Positions 1 through 9,557 of a DNA stretch of 64,000 nt are shown here, piece by piece. The position numbers were made by a program, and so were the translations under genes. A model generated the notes under the pieces. That model was not told the DNA's origin and searched no databases. It saw only the letters and a list, made by a program, of their open reading frames with translations. The stretch's first letter is position 1, and each line of letters begins with the position of its first letter. This DNA is from Porticoccaceae bacterium (GTDB lineage Bacteria > Pseudomonadota > Gammaproteobacteria > Pseudomonadales > Porticoccaceae). The stretch lies in assembly GCA_028280905.1 (NCBI GenBank), contig JANQKW010000331.1:2000-65999 (forward strand). The letters are read 5' to 3'.

Positions 1-1173
1 ACTGTCGTCGATCAGTGTCGGGTTGGCTCTTATTTGGCCGGTTAAGTCCACGGGGTTGGCGCTTCGGGCAAAAGCGGGAAGCACCTGTTTCAGATCCTCA
101 GCATATTTGGGCGTGAACTCAGCCATCGGAACATCGTATTGCTCACTGTGGTCGGCGAGCAGTGCGCAGGCTCCGCCCGATGTGCTAAGGACTGATATTC
201 CGCCTTTGGGGTCGCCCGATACACGGGGGTTGGGAAAGAAGGCGAGTGTCTCTACAGCGGCAAATACCTCACCCAGACTGTCGACGAGAATAATGCCCGC
301 CTGATCGAGCAGATGCTTGTATACCGAGGTGGCAGAAGCAATTTTGCCTGTGTGGGAAGCGGTTGCCGCCTGGCCAAGTGCGGAGTTTCCGGATTTAATG
401 GCAACAATCTGCACGCCGAGCTCCCGTGCTCTTTCGGCGATTGCAAGAATGCGTCCGCCGTCGTTCAAACCCTCGATGTAGAGGACGGCGACGCGCACGT
501 CGTCCTGCTCGATTGTCCAGCGCAAACAATCGAGAATATCCACGCAGGTTTCGTTACCGACGCTGATGACGTAAGAACAGCCGATGTCATTGGACTGGAA
601 ATAGTTGGCGATGGCGCCGCCCAGAGCACCGCTTTGGCTCACAATGGCGATGGGTGCATGGACCAGGTGGTCAAGCTTGGCGGCCGCTGCGCCGAAGGTA
701 AGCATGGTTTTGTCGCGAATCGACCAGACCCCCTGGCAGTTGGGACCAAGCACTACCACATCGCTTTCGTCGGCGACCCTGGCCAACTCATTGGCAAGTT
801 CCTTGCCGTCGTCGGTTTCTTCAAACCCGGAACTGAACACCACCGCTGACGGAATTTTCTTTTCGCCGCACTGGGCGATAATTTCCGGTACGGTTTCAGC
901 GGGTGTGATCACCAATGCAACATCCGGCACGTCGGGAAGCGAGAGCACGTCGGGGTAACAGGTCAGGCCTTCAATCTCACCCTGCTTCGGGTTGACCGGA
1001 TAGATCGCGCCGCTGAAGCCGTGTTTTTGCAACACCCGCACAAGGGTGTTTCTTGCGGTCCCGACATTTTGCGAGGCGCCGACAATCGCAACTTTTCGCG
1101 CGCGAAAAATATGGTCCAACTTCGATGTCAGGGAAGGCATGCCTGAAGTGTCGGGAGCGGTTTCAACTTTCAT
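1..1173 (-). CDS. Acyl-CoA synthetase (NDP/ADP-forming) / acetate-CoA ligase-like, N-terminal ~391 aa; 3' end runs off the left edge
   Basis: Absent from the ORF track because it is open at the window edge. My minus-strand translation from ATG at 1173 reads MKVETAPDTSGMPSLTSKLDHIFRARKVAIVGASQNVGTARN...VNPKQGEIEGLTCYPDVLSLPDVPDVALVITP...LGPNCQGV...VSQSGALG. This gives a CoA-binding Rossmann domain plus a succinyl-CoA-synthetase-like domain. Plus-strand ORFs 313..849 and 605..958 are antisense shadows. Confidence 0.75.
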   Translation of the reverse strand, partial: MKVETAPDTSGMPSLTSKLDHIFRARKVAIVGASQNVGTARNTLVRVLQKHGFSGAIYPVNPKQGEIEGLTCYPDVLSLPDVPDVALVITPAETVPEIIAQCGEKKIPSAVVFSSGFEETDDGKELANELARVADESDVVVLGPNCQGVWSIRDKTMLTFGAAAAKLDHLVHAPIAIVSQSGALGGAIANYFQSNDIGCSYVISVGNETCVDILDCLRWTIEQDDVRVAVLYIEGLNDGGRILAIAERARELGVQIVAIKSGNSALGQAATASHTGKIASATSVYKHLLDQAGIILVDSLGEVFAAVETLAFFPNPRVSGDPKGGISVLSTSGGACALLADHSEQYDVPMAEFTPKYAEDLKQVLPAFARSANPVDLTGQIRANPTLIDDS

Positions 1174-1363
1174 TCTCTTTCCTCAACCAATATAAATAGA
1201 GACTAAACCCACGCTGCCGAAACTGGAATTCCGCCGGGATTTCCGTTACACCATGGCGAAGGCGAATAGCGGAAGACCTCCGGGGAAAAAAGGCTTTCTC
1301 GGTGCGGCAGGCGTTCTAGGGCCGGCTAACACTAATCTTTTACCCTAGTTTTTTACCTTCAAA

Positions 1364-1378
1364 GCAAAATACCTACCA
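1364..1378 (-). promoter_or_regulatory. Candidate sigma-54 (RpoN) -24/-12 promoter for the acyl-CoA synthetase gene
   Basis: Minus strand reads TGGTAGGTATTTTGC. GG and GC have the exact RpoN spacing (consensus TGGCAC-N5-TTGC). It lies ~190 nt upstream of ATG 1173 and points into it. Confidence 0.6.
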
Positions 1379-1573
1379 ACATTATTAAACCATAGTTTTA
1401 CGCTGCGGCACTTGCAAAGTTGCAGTCGCAGCAGGCACAACGCCGTCAAAATGTCTTTGATAAATACAATCGGATATCGGATATCAGGGTAATTCGAGAA
1501 AAGATGTTGATGGGCTTGTTTAATATCGCCGGGCCTCCAATACCCTGTCAGTCAAATGCGATGGATTCTCAGC

Positions 1574-1588
1574 TGGTATACATTTTGC
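1574..1588 (+). promoter_or_regulatory. Candidate sigma-54 -24/-12 promoter for the TRAP Q/M (and probably cobS/cobT-like) unit
   Basis: TGGTATACATTTTGC on the plus strand, ~200 nt upstream of ATG 1789. It is divergent from the element at 1364..1378. Confidence 0.6.
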
Positions 1589-1788
1589 GTTATCTGAGTC
1601 AGAAGGTGTTAAAGAGCCCGGAGTTGGGGGCAGCAATCCCGGCGGTACAGACGCTGATCCGAGCGGGAACGCATGGGTTATTATTAAGGGCGGCACAAAA
1701 AATACATTTTGTTTAAAACTATTCAGGTAAAAGCTGGGGGGGTATAGGAAATGCTGTTCAATAACATTCCGCAGGTCGAATTGCGCTG

Positions 1789-2307
1789 ATGAAGTTTGTT
1801 GATTGGATCGATTCGGCGCTGGTGGCGATTGCCGCTTTTGCGCTGACATTCATTATGCTGATGACCACGGTTTCGGTGATGGGGCGCTATTTTTTTAATG
1901 CGCCCGTGCCGGACGACACGGCGATTAACGAAATACTCCTTGTCTTCGTGGTGTTCCTCCCGCTCAGTTATGTACAGGCGAAACGCGAGCATATTTTCGT
2001 TTCGGTTTTCTCCGAGTGGATGAGCAGCAATACCAAGGTTGTTTTGGATATCTTCGGAACAGTGGTTGGCGCGGTCATTTTTAGCGTAATTGCCTGGGCG
2101 GTCTTCACCGATTTTCAGCATGCCCTGATGACGGCTGAGTTCGTCGACTCCGCATTGAGGCTTCCCACCTGGCCGGGCAAGCTGGTTGTTGCATCGGGAA
2201 TTGCGCTGTTTTCACTGCGCTTGATCATTGATTCCGTCGCAATGTCCGCGGCGCTTGTCAAGGGTACTGCGGTGCCCGCAGAGGAGCAGCGCGAGGCGGA
2301 TAAATGA
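1789..2307 (+). CDS. TRAP transporter small permease (DctQ family)
   Basis: 172 aa with four hydrophobic segments. The N-terminus (...MGRYFFNAPVPDDTAINEILLVFVVFLPLSY) is typical of DctQ-type subunits. It lies upstream of a DctM-type large permease. Confidence 0.8.
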   Translation: MKFVDWIDSALVAIAAFALTFIMLMTTVSVMGRYFFNAPVPDDTAINEILLVFVVFLPLSYVQAKREHIFVSVFSEWMSSNTKVVLDIFGTVVGAVIFSVIAWAVFTDFQHALMTAEFVDSALRLPTWPGKLVVASGIALFSLRLIIDSVAMSAALVKGTAVPAEEQREADK

Positions 2308-2309
2308 TG

Positions 2310-2477
2310 CTAATTAGTGTCTGTCCAGAAACAAGCTTCCTGCTTGTTTCTTCGGGTCAAAATGCAAAAATGCGATTTTGCATTTCTCGCATTTTCAATG
2401 ACTTAGCGTCATCGAAAATGGCAGCACATCCGTGTGCTGCAGCTAGCCCCCGTCTTTATGGACGGGCACTAATTAAC
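2310..2477. repeat. Hairpin-rich ~170-bp insert with imperfect terminal inverted repeats (MITE/REP-like or structured RNA) between the TRAP Q and M genes
   Basis: Ends are CTAATTAGTGTCTGTCC (2310..2326) and GGACGGGCACTAATTAA (2460..2476), 14/17 complementary. Internal stem-loops: AGAAACAAGC/GCTTGTTTCT, AAATGCAAAA/TTTTGCATTT, CATTTTCAATGAC/GTCATCGAAAATG, GCAGCAC/GTGCTGC, CCCGTC/GACGGG. Confidence 0.6.
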
Positions 2478-2492
2478 CGGGCAGGACACTAG

Positions 2493-3836
2493 ATGGATCC
2501 TACACTGCTGGGAGGCATTGGGCTTATCGCCATGCTGTTGTTGGTGATGGTCCGTGTGCCGATAGCATTCGGTATGGCGATCGTTGGCTTTGCCGGCATT
2601 ATCCTCAGAATTGGTTGGTCACCCGGCGGCGAATTTGATTTTGCGCGCGGCTGGCAGGCTGCATTTGCCTATCTCTCCTTCGAACCTTACGTTTTTATCG
2701 CCAATTTTACTCTGGTGGCAGTGCCCTTGTTTCTGCTGATGGGCTATGTGGCGTTCCACGCAGGGTTTACCCGAGATATTTACGACACCGCGCGAGTCTG
2801 GTTGAGCAAACTGCATGGCGGGTTGGCGATGGCGTCGGTGGTCGGTTGTGCAATGTTCGGCGCAGTCAGCGGTTCGAGCCTGGCTACCGCGGCCGCCATG
2901 GGGAAGCTGGCGGTTCCGGAAATGCTGCGTCACAAATACAATCCCGGCCTGGCCGGCGGTGTCGTGGCGGCGAGCGGCACGCTCGGTTCGCTAATCCCGC
3001 CCAGCATTCTTATGATCCTCTACGGGATATTTACTGAAGAGTCGGTGGGCCGGTTGCTGCTTGCCGGACTTATTCCGGGATTACTTTCGGCATTGGTCTA
3101 TATGCTAATGGTATGGGTGCGGGCCAAGGTTAACCCTGAACTGGCGCCCGCGGGGGGCGGCTATACATGGCGTGAGCGGTTTGCCTCGCTGCGGGGGACC
3201 TGGTCAATGGTCACGCTTTTCCTGATCGTCATGGGCAGTATTTATTCGGGACTTGTGACACCCACGGAAGCGGCGGCCGTCGGGGCAATCGGCGCGTGGG
3301 CGATTGCCCTGATGTCGCGGCGAATGACCAGGGACAACAGCCGCAACGCGATAGTTGAAACCATCAGGCAGACGGCGAGTATCTTCGCGATCGTGCTCGG
3401 CGCGAAAATCTTCGTCAGTTTTATTTCACTGACGGGTGTCGCCGGAGCGTTAACGGAATGGGCGCTATCCTTGGATATGCATCCGGTAATGGTGTTGTTC
3501 GCGCTTTCAATGATCTACATTGTACTCGGGACCTTTATGGACCCGCTCGGAATTATGTTGCTCACACTGCCGGTGGTCACGCCGGTAATCCAGGAAATGG
3601 GATTCGACCTGATCTGGTTTGGCGTCATTATGATCAAGTTGCTTGAAATTGGGCTGATCACGCCTCCCGTCGGCCTAAACGTCTATATCCTGAAAGGCGT
3701 GCTAGGCGATAGCGTGAGGTTGGAGGCGCTGTTTAAAGGTATTTTCTGGTTCCTGGCGATGGACGTCCTGACGCTGGCTATTTTGATAATATTTCCCCAG
3801 ATTAGTCTATGGTTGCCGAACCAGCTTATGAACTAA
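2493..3836 (+). CDS. TRAP transporter large permease (DctM family)
   Basis: 447 aa polytopic membrane protein of typical DctM length and pattern (...GSSLATAAAMGKLAVPEM...GTLGSLIPPS...ITPPVGLNVY). Confidence 0.9.
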   Translation: MDPTLLGGIGLIAMLLLVMVRVPIAFGMAIVGFAGIILRIGWSPGGEFDFARGWQAAFAYLSFEPYVFIANFTLVAVPLFLLMGYVAFHAGFTRDIYDTARVWLSKLHGGLAMASVVGCAMFGAVSGSSLATAAAMGKLAVPEMLRHKYNPGLAGGVVAASGTLGSLIPPSILMILYGIFTEESVGRLLLAGLIPGLLSALVYMLMVWVRAKVNPELAPAGGGYTWRERFASLRGTWSMVTLFLIVMGSIYSGLVTPTEAAAVGAIGAWAIALMSRRMTRDNSRNAIVETIRQTASIFAIVLGAKIFVSFISLTGVAGALTEWALSLDMHPVMVLFALSMIYIVLGTFMDPLGIMLLTLPVVTPVIQEMGFDLIWFGVIMIKLLEIGLITPPVGLNVYILKGVLGDSVRLEALFKGIFWFLAMDVLTLAILIIFPQISLWLPNQLMN

Positions 3837-3925
3837 ACTCATTATTAAGAGCGGTTGCACGAACATCGATTGGAACGGCGCAGGCTTGTTTACCTCTCAT
3901 ACGTTAAAGAAGCTGGAAAATTTTT

Positions 3926-4933
3926 ATGGACGTAGATAACCCGGCCATAGCGGCCGATTCCACCTTTCCTCTGGATAAGCCCGATACAGTTGTTGCGGTG
4001 CGAGAGGCGTTCGGGATTGACGTGGATATGGAAGTCCCGGCCTTTAGCAAGCGCGAGTCCCACGTTCCGGACATTGATGGTGCGTACAGGTTCGATCGCG
4101 ATACCACGCTGGCCATTTTGGCCGGATTTGCATACAACCGCAGAGTCATGGTCCAGGGGTATCACGGGACCGGAAAGTCGACGCATATTGAGCAGGTTGC
4201 GGCCCGGCTAAACTGGCCGCTTATTCGTGTTAACCTCGACAGTCACGTCAGCCGTATCGACCTCGTCGGCCGGGATGCGATAGTCTTGAAAGACGGCCAG
4301 CAGGTTACCGAGTTTCAGGAGGGAATACTCCCCTGGTGTTTGCAGCGACCCTGTGCACTTGCCTTCGATGAATATGATGCGGGGCGCCCCGATGTGATGT
4401 TTGTTATCCAGCGCATCCTTGAAGTTGAGGGCAGGCTGACCCTGCTGGATCAAAACCGGGTGATACAGCCGCACAGCTTTTTCCGCCTTTTTGCAACGTC
4501 CAACACTATTGGCCTGGGTGATACCACGGGCCTCTATCACGGCACCCAACAGATAAACCAGGCCCAGATGGACCGCTGGAACATCGTTGCCACGCTCAAC
4601 TACCTTGCGGCTGAAGACGAACAGGAGATAGTGCGGTCCAAGGTATCGAGCATGGACACGCCAGAGGGGCGCGAGCGAATAAGGATCATGGTGGCGTTGG
4701 CGGACCTCACGCGAAAGGGATTCATATCCGGCGACGTTTCCACCGTCATGTCACCCAGAACGGTTATAACCTGGGCGGAAAATTTTGAGATATTTACAGA
4801 CATCGCCTACGCGTTCCGCGTGACATTTCTCAACAAGTGCGACGAGTTGGAGCGGCCGATGTTCTGCGAGTACTACCAGCGGTGCTTTGGTACGGATCTT
4901 CCGGGCAGCATCGCCGACCGGGTGGAGCGTTAG
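3926..4933 (+). CDS. cobS: CobS-like AAA+ (MoxR-class) ATPase
   Basis: 335 aa with the blocks [60 protein letters not shown] and [20 protein letters not shown]. These match aerobic cobaltochelatase CobS-family proteins as I remember them. Confidence 0.85.
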   Translation: MDVDNPAIAADSTFPLDKPDTVVAVREAFGIDVDMEVPAFSKRESHVPDIDGAYRFDRDTTLAILAGFAYNRRVMVQGYHGTGKSTHIEQVAARLNWPLIRVNLDSHVSRIDLVGRDAIVLKDGQQVTEFQEGILPWCLQRPCALAFDEYDAGRPDVMFVIQRILEVEGRLTLLDQNRVIQPHSFFRLFATSNTIGLGDTTGLYHGTQQINQAQMDRWNIVATLNYLAAEDEQEIVRSKVSSMDTPEGRERIRIMVALADLTRKGFISGDVSTVMSPRTVITWAENFEIFTDIAYAFRVTFLNKCDELERPMFCEYYQRCFGTDLPGSIADRVER

Positions 4934-4949
4934 GCGGGAAGGCGCTGGT

Positions 4950-6740
4950 ATGGCTGAACCCACCCATGTCCCGGACATTCTAAAGCGAGTTACTGAAGGT
5001 ACGATTCGAGCCCTCTCGGCAACGCCCGGGTTAAGCGTGTGTTTCGGGGAAGGGCAGGCCGGCAGGTCAGAGGACAGTGTGATTCTGCCCGCGCCGCTGA
5101 AGTCGGTTGATATCCGATGGTTGGCTCAGTTCCGGGGCCGTGCCGATACGCTTGCGTTGCGGCGCCGCTATCACGATCCGGTTGTTCACGGCAATATCCG
5201 CCCCAAAGGGAATTATGAGGGAGATATTTTCGATGTTCTGGAATCGGTTCGCGTCGAGGTTCTCGGTAGCCGCGTTTTCGCAGGTGTGGCCGAGAACCTG
5301 TCACAACTGCTTGCCGAAGAGTGCCGCGCTAAGGGCTATGATGTGTCCCGGGCGCTAAGCCCTGCAAGCCTGGCCGCTGCCAGTGCGCTGCTGGTGCGCG
5401 AGCGTCTAACGGGAATTGCCGCGCCGGTAACGGCGAGTGCCTTGCTCTCTGAATGGCGCCCTTTGATAGCAGAGAAGATTTCCCCATTTCTGGATGATCT
5501 GGATCGCCTTACAGAGAACCAGCACGCGTATGGCAGGGCGGTTATCAATATGCTGCGGTTTCTCGATATCAATATTCAACACAGCCGCGGAGACGAGAAC
5601 GCTGAATCCGAGCAGTCCCGCGCGGCGAATGAAGATGTGGAACAGCGGGGAGACGACAACACCCGATTAGAAGATAGCGTTACCGAAAACACCGCCATCG
5701 GGCTGGATAGCCAAGCCCGGCAAACCAACGTGATTAGGCTGCCTGGTGCAAGGGGTGCCGGGGCAGTCGCGTCCCGGCGTTCGGGCGAGCGCGGTGGCGA
5801 TCGCGCATACGATCAATCGGACTATAAGGTCTACACGGACACTTTTGACGAGATCGTTATGGCGGAGCAGTTGTGTGACCCCGAGGAGCTGACTGCCCTC
5901 AGGCAGCAACTTGACCAGCAGGTTTCACAGCTTAACAGGCTCATCAACGTGATGGCCAACAGACTGCAGCGGCGCCTTATGGCCAGACAGCGAAGGATGT
6001 GGGATTTTGATCTGGAGGAAGGGCTATTGGATGCCGCGCGCCTGTCTCGGGTGGTCGCGAGTCCAACCTACTCATTGTCATTTAAACAGGAATCTGAAGT
6101 TGCCTGCAGCGACACGGTGGTTAGCCTGTTGATCGACAACTCCGGGTCGATGCGCGGTTGGCCAATCACTGTTGCCGCTACCAGTGCGGATATTCTTGCC
6201 CGGACACTGGAGCGGTGTGGTGTCAGGGTCGAGATTCTCGGTTTTACCACAGCATCATGGAAGGGCGGCGCATCGAGGGACGCTTGGGTGACGGCGGGAA
6301 AACCGGCAGCGCCCGGGCGACTCAATGACATTCGCCATATTGTCTACAAGAGTGCTGACAGGCCCTGGAGGCGTGTGCGAAAGAACCTGGCATTGATGCT
6401 TAAAAAGGGATTGCTAAAAGAGAATATCGATGGAGAAGCACTGCTATGGGCCCACGGCAGGCTGCTGGCCCGTCCGGAACAGCGTCGGATTATGATGGTT
6501 ATTTCGGACGGTGATCCCGTCGACAACGCCACCCTCGCGGTTAATCCCGAGGGCTATCTTGAAGAGCATTTGCAGCGGGTGGCCAGCTGGATAGAAACGC
6601 ATTCGCGTGTTGAACTGCTCGCCATCGGCATCGGCCATGACGTTTCTCGCTATTATCGGCGGGCGGTGATGGTTGAGGAGGCCTCTGACCTCGGCAAAGC
6701 CATGATGCAGGCGTTTATCGAGCTGTTTGATAACAAATGA
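4950..6740 (+). CDS. cobT: CobT-like protein with acidic linker and C-terminal von Willebrand A domain
   Basis: The ORF track starts at 4887, but ATG 4950 (MAEPTHVPD) avoids overlap with cobS. It has an acidic middle region ([23 protein letters not shown]). The C-terminal VWA/MIDAS-like motif is [11 protein letters not shown]...ISDGDPVD. Confidence 0.8.
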   Translation: MAEPTHVPDILKRVTEGTIRALSATPGLSVCFGEGQAGRSEDSVILPAPLKSVDIRWLAQFRGRADTLALRRRYHDPVVHGNIRPKGNYEGDIFDVLESVRVEVLGSRVFAGVAENLSQLLAEECRAKGYDVSRALSPASLAAASALLVRERLTGIAAPVTASALLSEWRPLIAEKISPFLDDLDRLTENQHAYGRAVINMLRFLDINIQHSRGDENAESEQSRAANEDVEQRGDDNTRLEDSVTENTAIGLDSQARQTNVIRLPGARGAGAVASRRSGERGGDRAYDQSDYKVYTDTFDEIVMAEQLCDPEELTALRQQLDQQVSQLNRLINVMANRLQRRLMARQRRMWDFDLEEGLLDAARLSRVVASPTYSLSFKQESEVACSDTVVSLLIDNSGSMRGWPITVAATSADILARTLERCGVRVEILGFTTASWKGGASRDAWVTAGKPAAPGRLNDIRHIVYKSADRPWRRVRKNLALMLKKGLLKENIDGEALLWAHGRLLARPEQRRIMMVISDGDPVDNATLAVNPEGYLEEHLQRVASWIETHSRVELLAIGIGHDVSRYYRRAVMVEEASDLGKAMMQAFIELFDNK

Positions 6741-6872
6741 CGCTGCTGCTTGGATAGATTTCTGAGTTGGGGTGTTGCAGGGAAAAGCAATGGGCCCCTG
6801 CCATTGTATCCGGGACGGACACATATCTGCTGTATTCCCGTTAAACAGGCTGTTTTAGCGGCGCTGGCGGCT

Positions 6873-6887
6873 TGGCATGGTGCTTGC
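6873..6887 (+). promoter_or_regulatory. Candidate sigma-54 -24/-12 promoter for the lactonase-SDR-SDR unit
   Basis: TGGCATGGTGCTTGC, ~140 nt upstream of ATG 7026. Confidence 0.6.
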
Positions 6888-7025
6888 GCTATCTTGCCTG
6901 CAAATTGGTTTTAAAAGCCATTTGACGTCTGCTGTTTTACGGCAAGAACGCGTAGCTTCTCCTGTTTTTTCAAGGCGAGGCTTTTACTGCTGCGCTGGTT
7001 GGAGTTCACGATTTGGAGAGTCAGA

Positions 7026-7940
7026 ATGTTTGAAGTAGTTACCGAAGGTTTATCTTTTCCCGAAGGCCCGATAGCCATGCCCGATGGCAGCGTGATCCTG
7101 GTGGAGATCTGCGCGGCCAATTTGACTCGGGTTAATGCCGATGGCAACACCGATGTGATTGCAAGCTTGGGCGGCGGACCCAATGGTGCGGCCATTGGTC
7201 CGGATGGCCATTGCTACGTTTGCAACAATGGCGGTGGTTTCGCCTGGCAGTCAGATGAAAATGGCACCCGCGTAGTCGGTCTGTCCGATGACTACAGTGG
7301 CGGCCGTATTGAACGCGTGAACCTGGAAACCGGCGAGCTGGAAACGCTTTATACGCATTGTGGTGATATTGCCATCCAGGCGCCTAATGACATTGTGTTC
7401 GATGAGCAGGGCGGTTTTTGGTTTACCGACACGGGCCGGCGCCTGCCCACCTCGGTAGAACACGGCGCTGTTTATTACGCTACCGTCGACGGCAAGCACA
7501 TCGAGCGCCGGGCATACCCGATGATGGCGCCTAACGGTATTGGCTTATCGCCCGACGAAAAAACCCTGTATGTGACAGAAACTCAGGCGGGTCGTCTGTG
7601 GCGTTTCAAAGTTGACCAGCCCGGCACTATTGCCAAAGAACCGACCATGACCGGCGGCACCTTCATGACCGGCGTATCGACTTTTAGATTCTTTGACTCC
7701 TTCGCGATGGACGTCGAAGGCGGCATCCACATAGGTTCGCTGCAGGAAGGCGGCATTACCAGCGTTTCCGCCGACGCTAAAGAAGTCACTCACACGCCGC
7801 TGCCGGATCGCCTGGTAACCAATATGTGTTTCGGCGGCGAAGGCTTAAAAACCGCTTATATCACGCTCGGTTTGACCGGTAAACTGATCAAAATGACGTG
7901 GCCTACCGCCGGTTTGCCGCTGAATTTTTTGAATAAGTAG
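7026..7940 (+). CDS. SMP-30/gluconolactonase/LRE-family lactonase
   Basis: Motifs FPEGPIAMPDGSV, PNDIVFDEQGGFWFTD and PNGIGLSPDEKTLYVTET. Start moved to ATG 7026, preceded by GGAGAG. Confidence 0.85.
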   Translation: MFEVVTEGLSFPEGPIAMPDGSVILVEICAANLTRVNADGNTDVIASLGGGPNGAAIGPDGHCYVCNNGGGFAWQSDENGTRVVGLSDDYSGGRIERVNLETGELETLYTHCGDIAIQAPNDIVFDEQGGFWFTDTGRRLPTSVEHGAVYYATVDGKHIERRAYPMMAPNGIGLSPDEKTLYVTETQAGRLWRFKVDQPGTIAKEPTMTGGTFMTGVSTFRFFDSFAMDVEGGIHIGSLQEGGITSVSADAKEVTHTPLPDRLVTNMCFGGEGLKTAYITLGLTGKLIKMTWPTAGLPLNFLNK

Positions 7941-7952
7941 GGGGGCATCCTA

Positions 7953-8705
7953 ATGAGTCTTATTGGAAAAAATGCCGTCGTCACGGGCGCGGCCATGGGA
8001 ATAGGACAGGCCGTTGCCGTCCGCTTGGCAAAAGATGGCGCCGATGTGGCCATTATCGATATCAACGAAGAGGGCCTGCGGGAAACGGCAAAGTTAGTCG
8101 AAGCGGAAGGCCGCAAGTGCCTCCCTGTGGTCTGTGATCTGCTTGATAGAGACGCCATAAAAGCGTCCTTCGACAAGATCAAAAAAGCACTGGGCTTCAT
8201 TGAAATCCTGCACAACAATGCCGGGCAAAGCGCGCGCCAGGCATCCAAGCCCTTTGGTGAAACAGACATCGAGCAGTGGGACTTTGTGGTGGACCTGAAT
8301 CTGAGGGCCACCGCAGATTGTACCCGCGAAGTTTGTAGCGAAATGCGCGAACGCGGCACCGGCCGTATTATTACCACGGCGACCTCCTACGTTTACTGGG
8401 GCGGCGAAGGCGTTACGGATTACACCGCGGCCAAAGCCGGCGTTATCGGCTTTACCCGTTCGCTTGCGTTGGAGCTGGCGCCGTATGGCGTCACGGTAAA
8501 TTGTGTCTGCCCCGGGGTGACCATGACACGTGCCTTGGAACAGGTGCCCAAGAACGTGATGGATGAGGCGATCTCCAAAATTCCCATGAAGAAGGCAGGT
8601 ACCCCCGAGTGCCTTGCAGGCGCAGTGTCCTTTTTCGCCAGTCCGGGATCCTGGTATGTAACCGGTACCCATTTGCTGGTTAACGGCGCTCAGATTTTGA
8701 TTTAA
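7953..8705 (+). CDS. Short-chain dehydrogenase/reductase (SDR), copy 1 of a tandem pair
   Basis: TGAAMGIG cofactor motif and YTAAK catalytic motif; 250 aa. Confidence 0.9.
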   Translation: MSLIGKNAVVTGAAMGIGQAVAVRLAKDGADVAIIDINEEGLRETAKLVEAEGRKCLPVVCDLLDRDAIKASFDKIKKALGFIEILHNNAGQSARQASKPFGETDIEQWDFVVDLNLRATADCTREVCSEMRERGTGRIITTATSYVYWGGEGVTDYTAAKAGVIGFTRSLALELAPYGVTVNCVCPGVTMTRALEQVPKNVMDEAISKIPMKKAGTPECLAGAVSFFASPGSWYVTGTHLLVNGAQILI

Positions 8706-8753
8706 CAAGGCTGGATTTAATCAGTCAACGAGAGTTCAATTGGAGATTATGCT

Positions 8754-9506
8754 ATGAGTCTGGAAGGAAAAATTGCCGCTGTCACGGGAGCGGCAATGGG
8801 AATCGGCAGGGCGTCAGCCATTCGTTTAGCACAAGACGGCGCCGATATCGCGGTTTTGGATATCTTTGAAGAAGGCTTGATGGAAACCGTTAAGCTGGTT
8901 GAAGCTGAAGGCCGCAAGTGTCTGCCGGTGGTTCTCGACCTGCTCGATCGCGACGCCGTCAAAGCGGCGTTTGCCAAAATCAGGGCAGAGTTGGGCGCTG
9001 TCGATATTTTGCATAACAACACCGGGCAAAGCGGTCGTGAAAAAGCGGCATCCTTTGAAGAGTCTTCCGCCGAACAATGGGATTTCATTCAAAACATTAA
9101 TGTTCGTGTCGCGGCGGATTGCGCCCGTGAAGTGATTGCCGATATGAAAGCCAAGGGCGAAGGTCGAATTATCAATACTTCATCCAGCACCGCTTACCGC
9201 GGCGGCAAAGGCTTAACGGATTATGCGACGTCCAAGGCGGCAATCCTCGGGTTGACCCGTTCGCTGGCATTGGAGTTCGCAGAAGACGGCATTACCGTCA
9301 ACGCGGTGTGTCCCGGCACTGTCGCAACGCGAGCGCTAACGGATTTGCCCGAGAGTGTCGTGCAGCCGGTAATCGACCAGATACCGATTAAGAAGGTCTG
9401 CCAGCCGGAAGATATTGCCCATGTGGTGTCCTACTATGCCAGTCCTGACGCCTGGTACACCACGGGCACGCATTTGATGGTCAATGGCGGCCGGGTGCTG
9501 ATTTAG
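8754..9506 (+). CDS. Short-chain dehydrogenase/reductase (SDR), copy 2 of a tandem pair
   Basis: 250 aa, collinear with the preceding SDR and roughly 55-60% identical by eye (shared KLVEAEGRKCLPVV, ILHNN, TRSLALE, WYxTGTHLxVNG). Confidence 0.9.
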   Translation: MSLEGKIAAVTGAAMGIGRASAIRLAQDGADIAVLDIFEEGLMETVKLVEAEGRKCLPVVLDLLDRDAVKAAFAKIRAELGAVDILHNNTGQSGREKAASFEESSAEQWDFIQNINVRVAADCAREVIADMKAKGEGRIINTSSSTAYRGGKGLTDYATSKAAILGLTRSLALEFAEDGITVNAVCPGTVATRALTDLPESVVQPVIDQIPIKKVCQPEDIAHVVSYYASPDAWYTTGTHLMVNGGRVLI

Positions 9507-9536
9507 CCGTTTTTGCCTGTTCCCGGTCATTGATCT

Positions 9537-9556
9537 CAGCGGCCGCCAGGCCGCTG
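9537..9556. terminator. GC-rich hairpin between convergent SDR genes
   Basis: CAGCGGCC-gcca-GGCCGCTG, an 8-bp stem located between stop 9506 (+) and stop 9558 (-). There is no clear U-tract. Confidence 0.45.
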
Positions 9557-9557
9557 T

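Noticed and set aside
1420-1716. 98-aa ORF in the 615-bp divergent regulatory region (also 13680..13931 in the second divergent region)
   Set aside because: It has a non-ATG start, no ribosome-binding site and no recognisable fold. It contains the sigma-54 element itself. These long spacers are better explained as promoter and activator-binding DNA.
2304-2492. 62-aa ORF between the TRAP Q and M genes
   Set aside because: It coincides exactly with the hairpin-rich inverted-repeat element. The successive palindromes argue for a nucleic-acid-level feature, not a protein.
3871-3885. TGGAACGGCGCAGGC as a ninth sigma-54 promoter in front of cobS
   Set aside because: The GG/GC spacing fits, but the -12 region is AGGC instead of TTGC and the -24 region is weak. 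It is too poor to call.
4887-4949. N-terminal extension of the cobT-like ORF overlapping cobS
   Set aside because: The in-frame ATG at 4950 gives a clean junction after the cobS stop at 4933. The 21 extra codons are Arg-rich and lie inside cobS.
3926-6740. Interpretation as a cobalamin biosynthesis locus
   Set aside because: No cobN or any other cob/cbi gene is in the 64 kb, and the flanking genes are transport and catabolic genes. The family call is kept, but the pathway assignment is left open.
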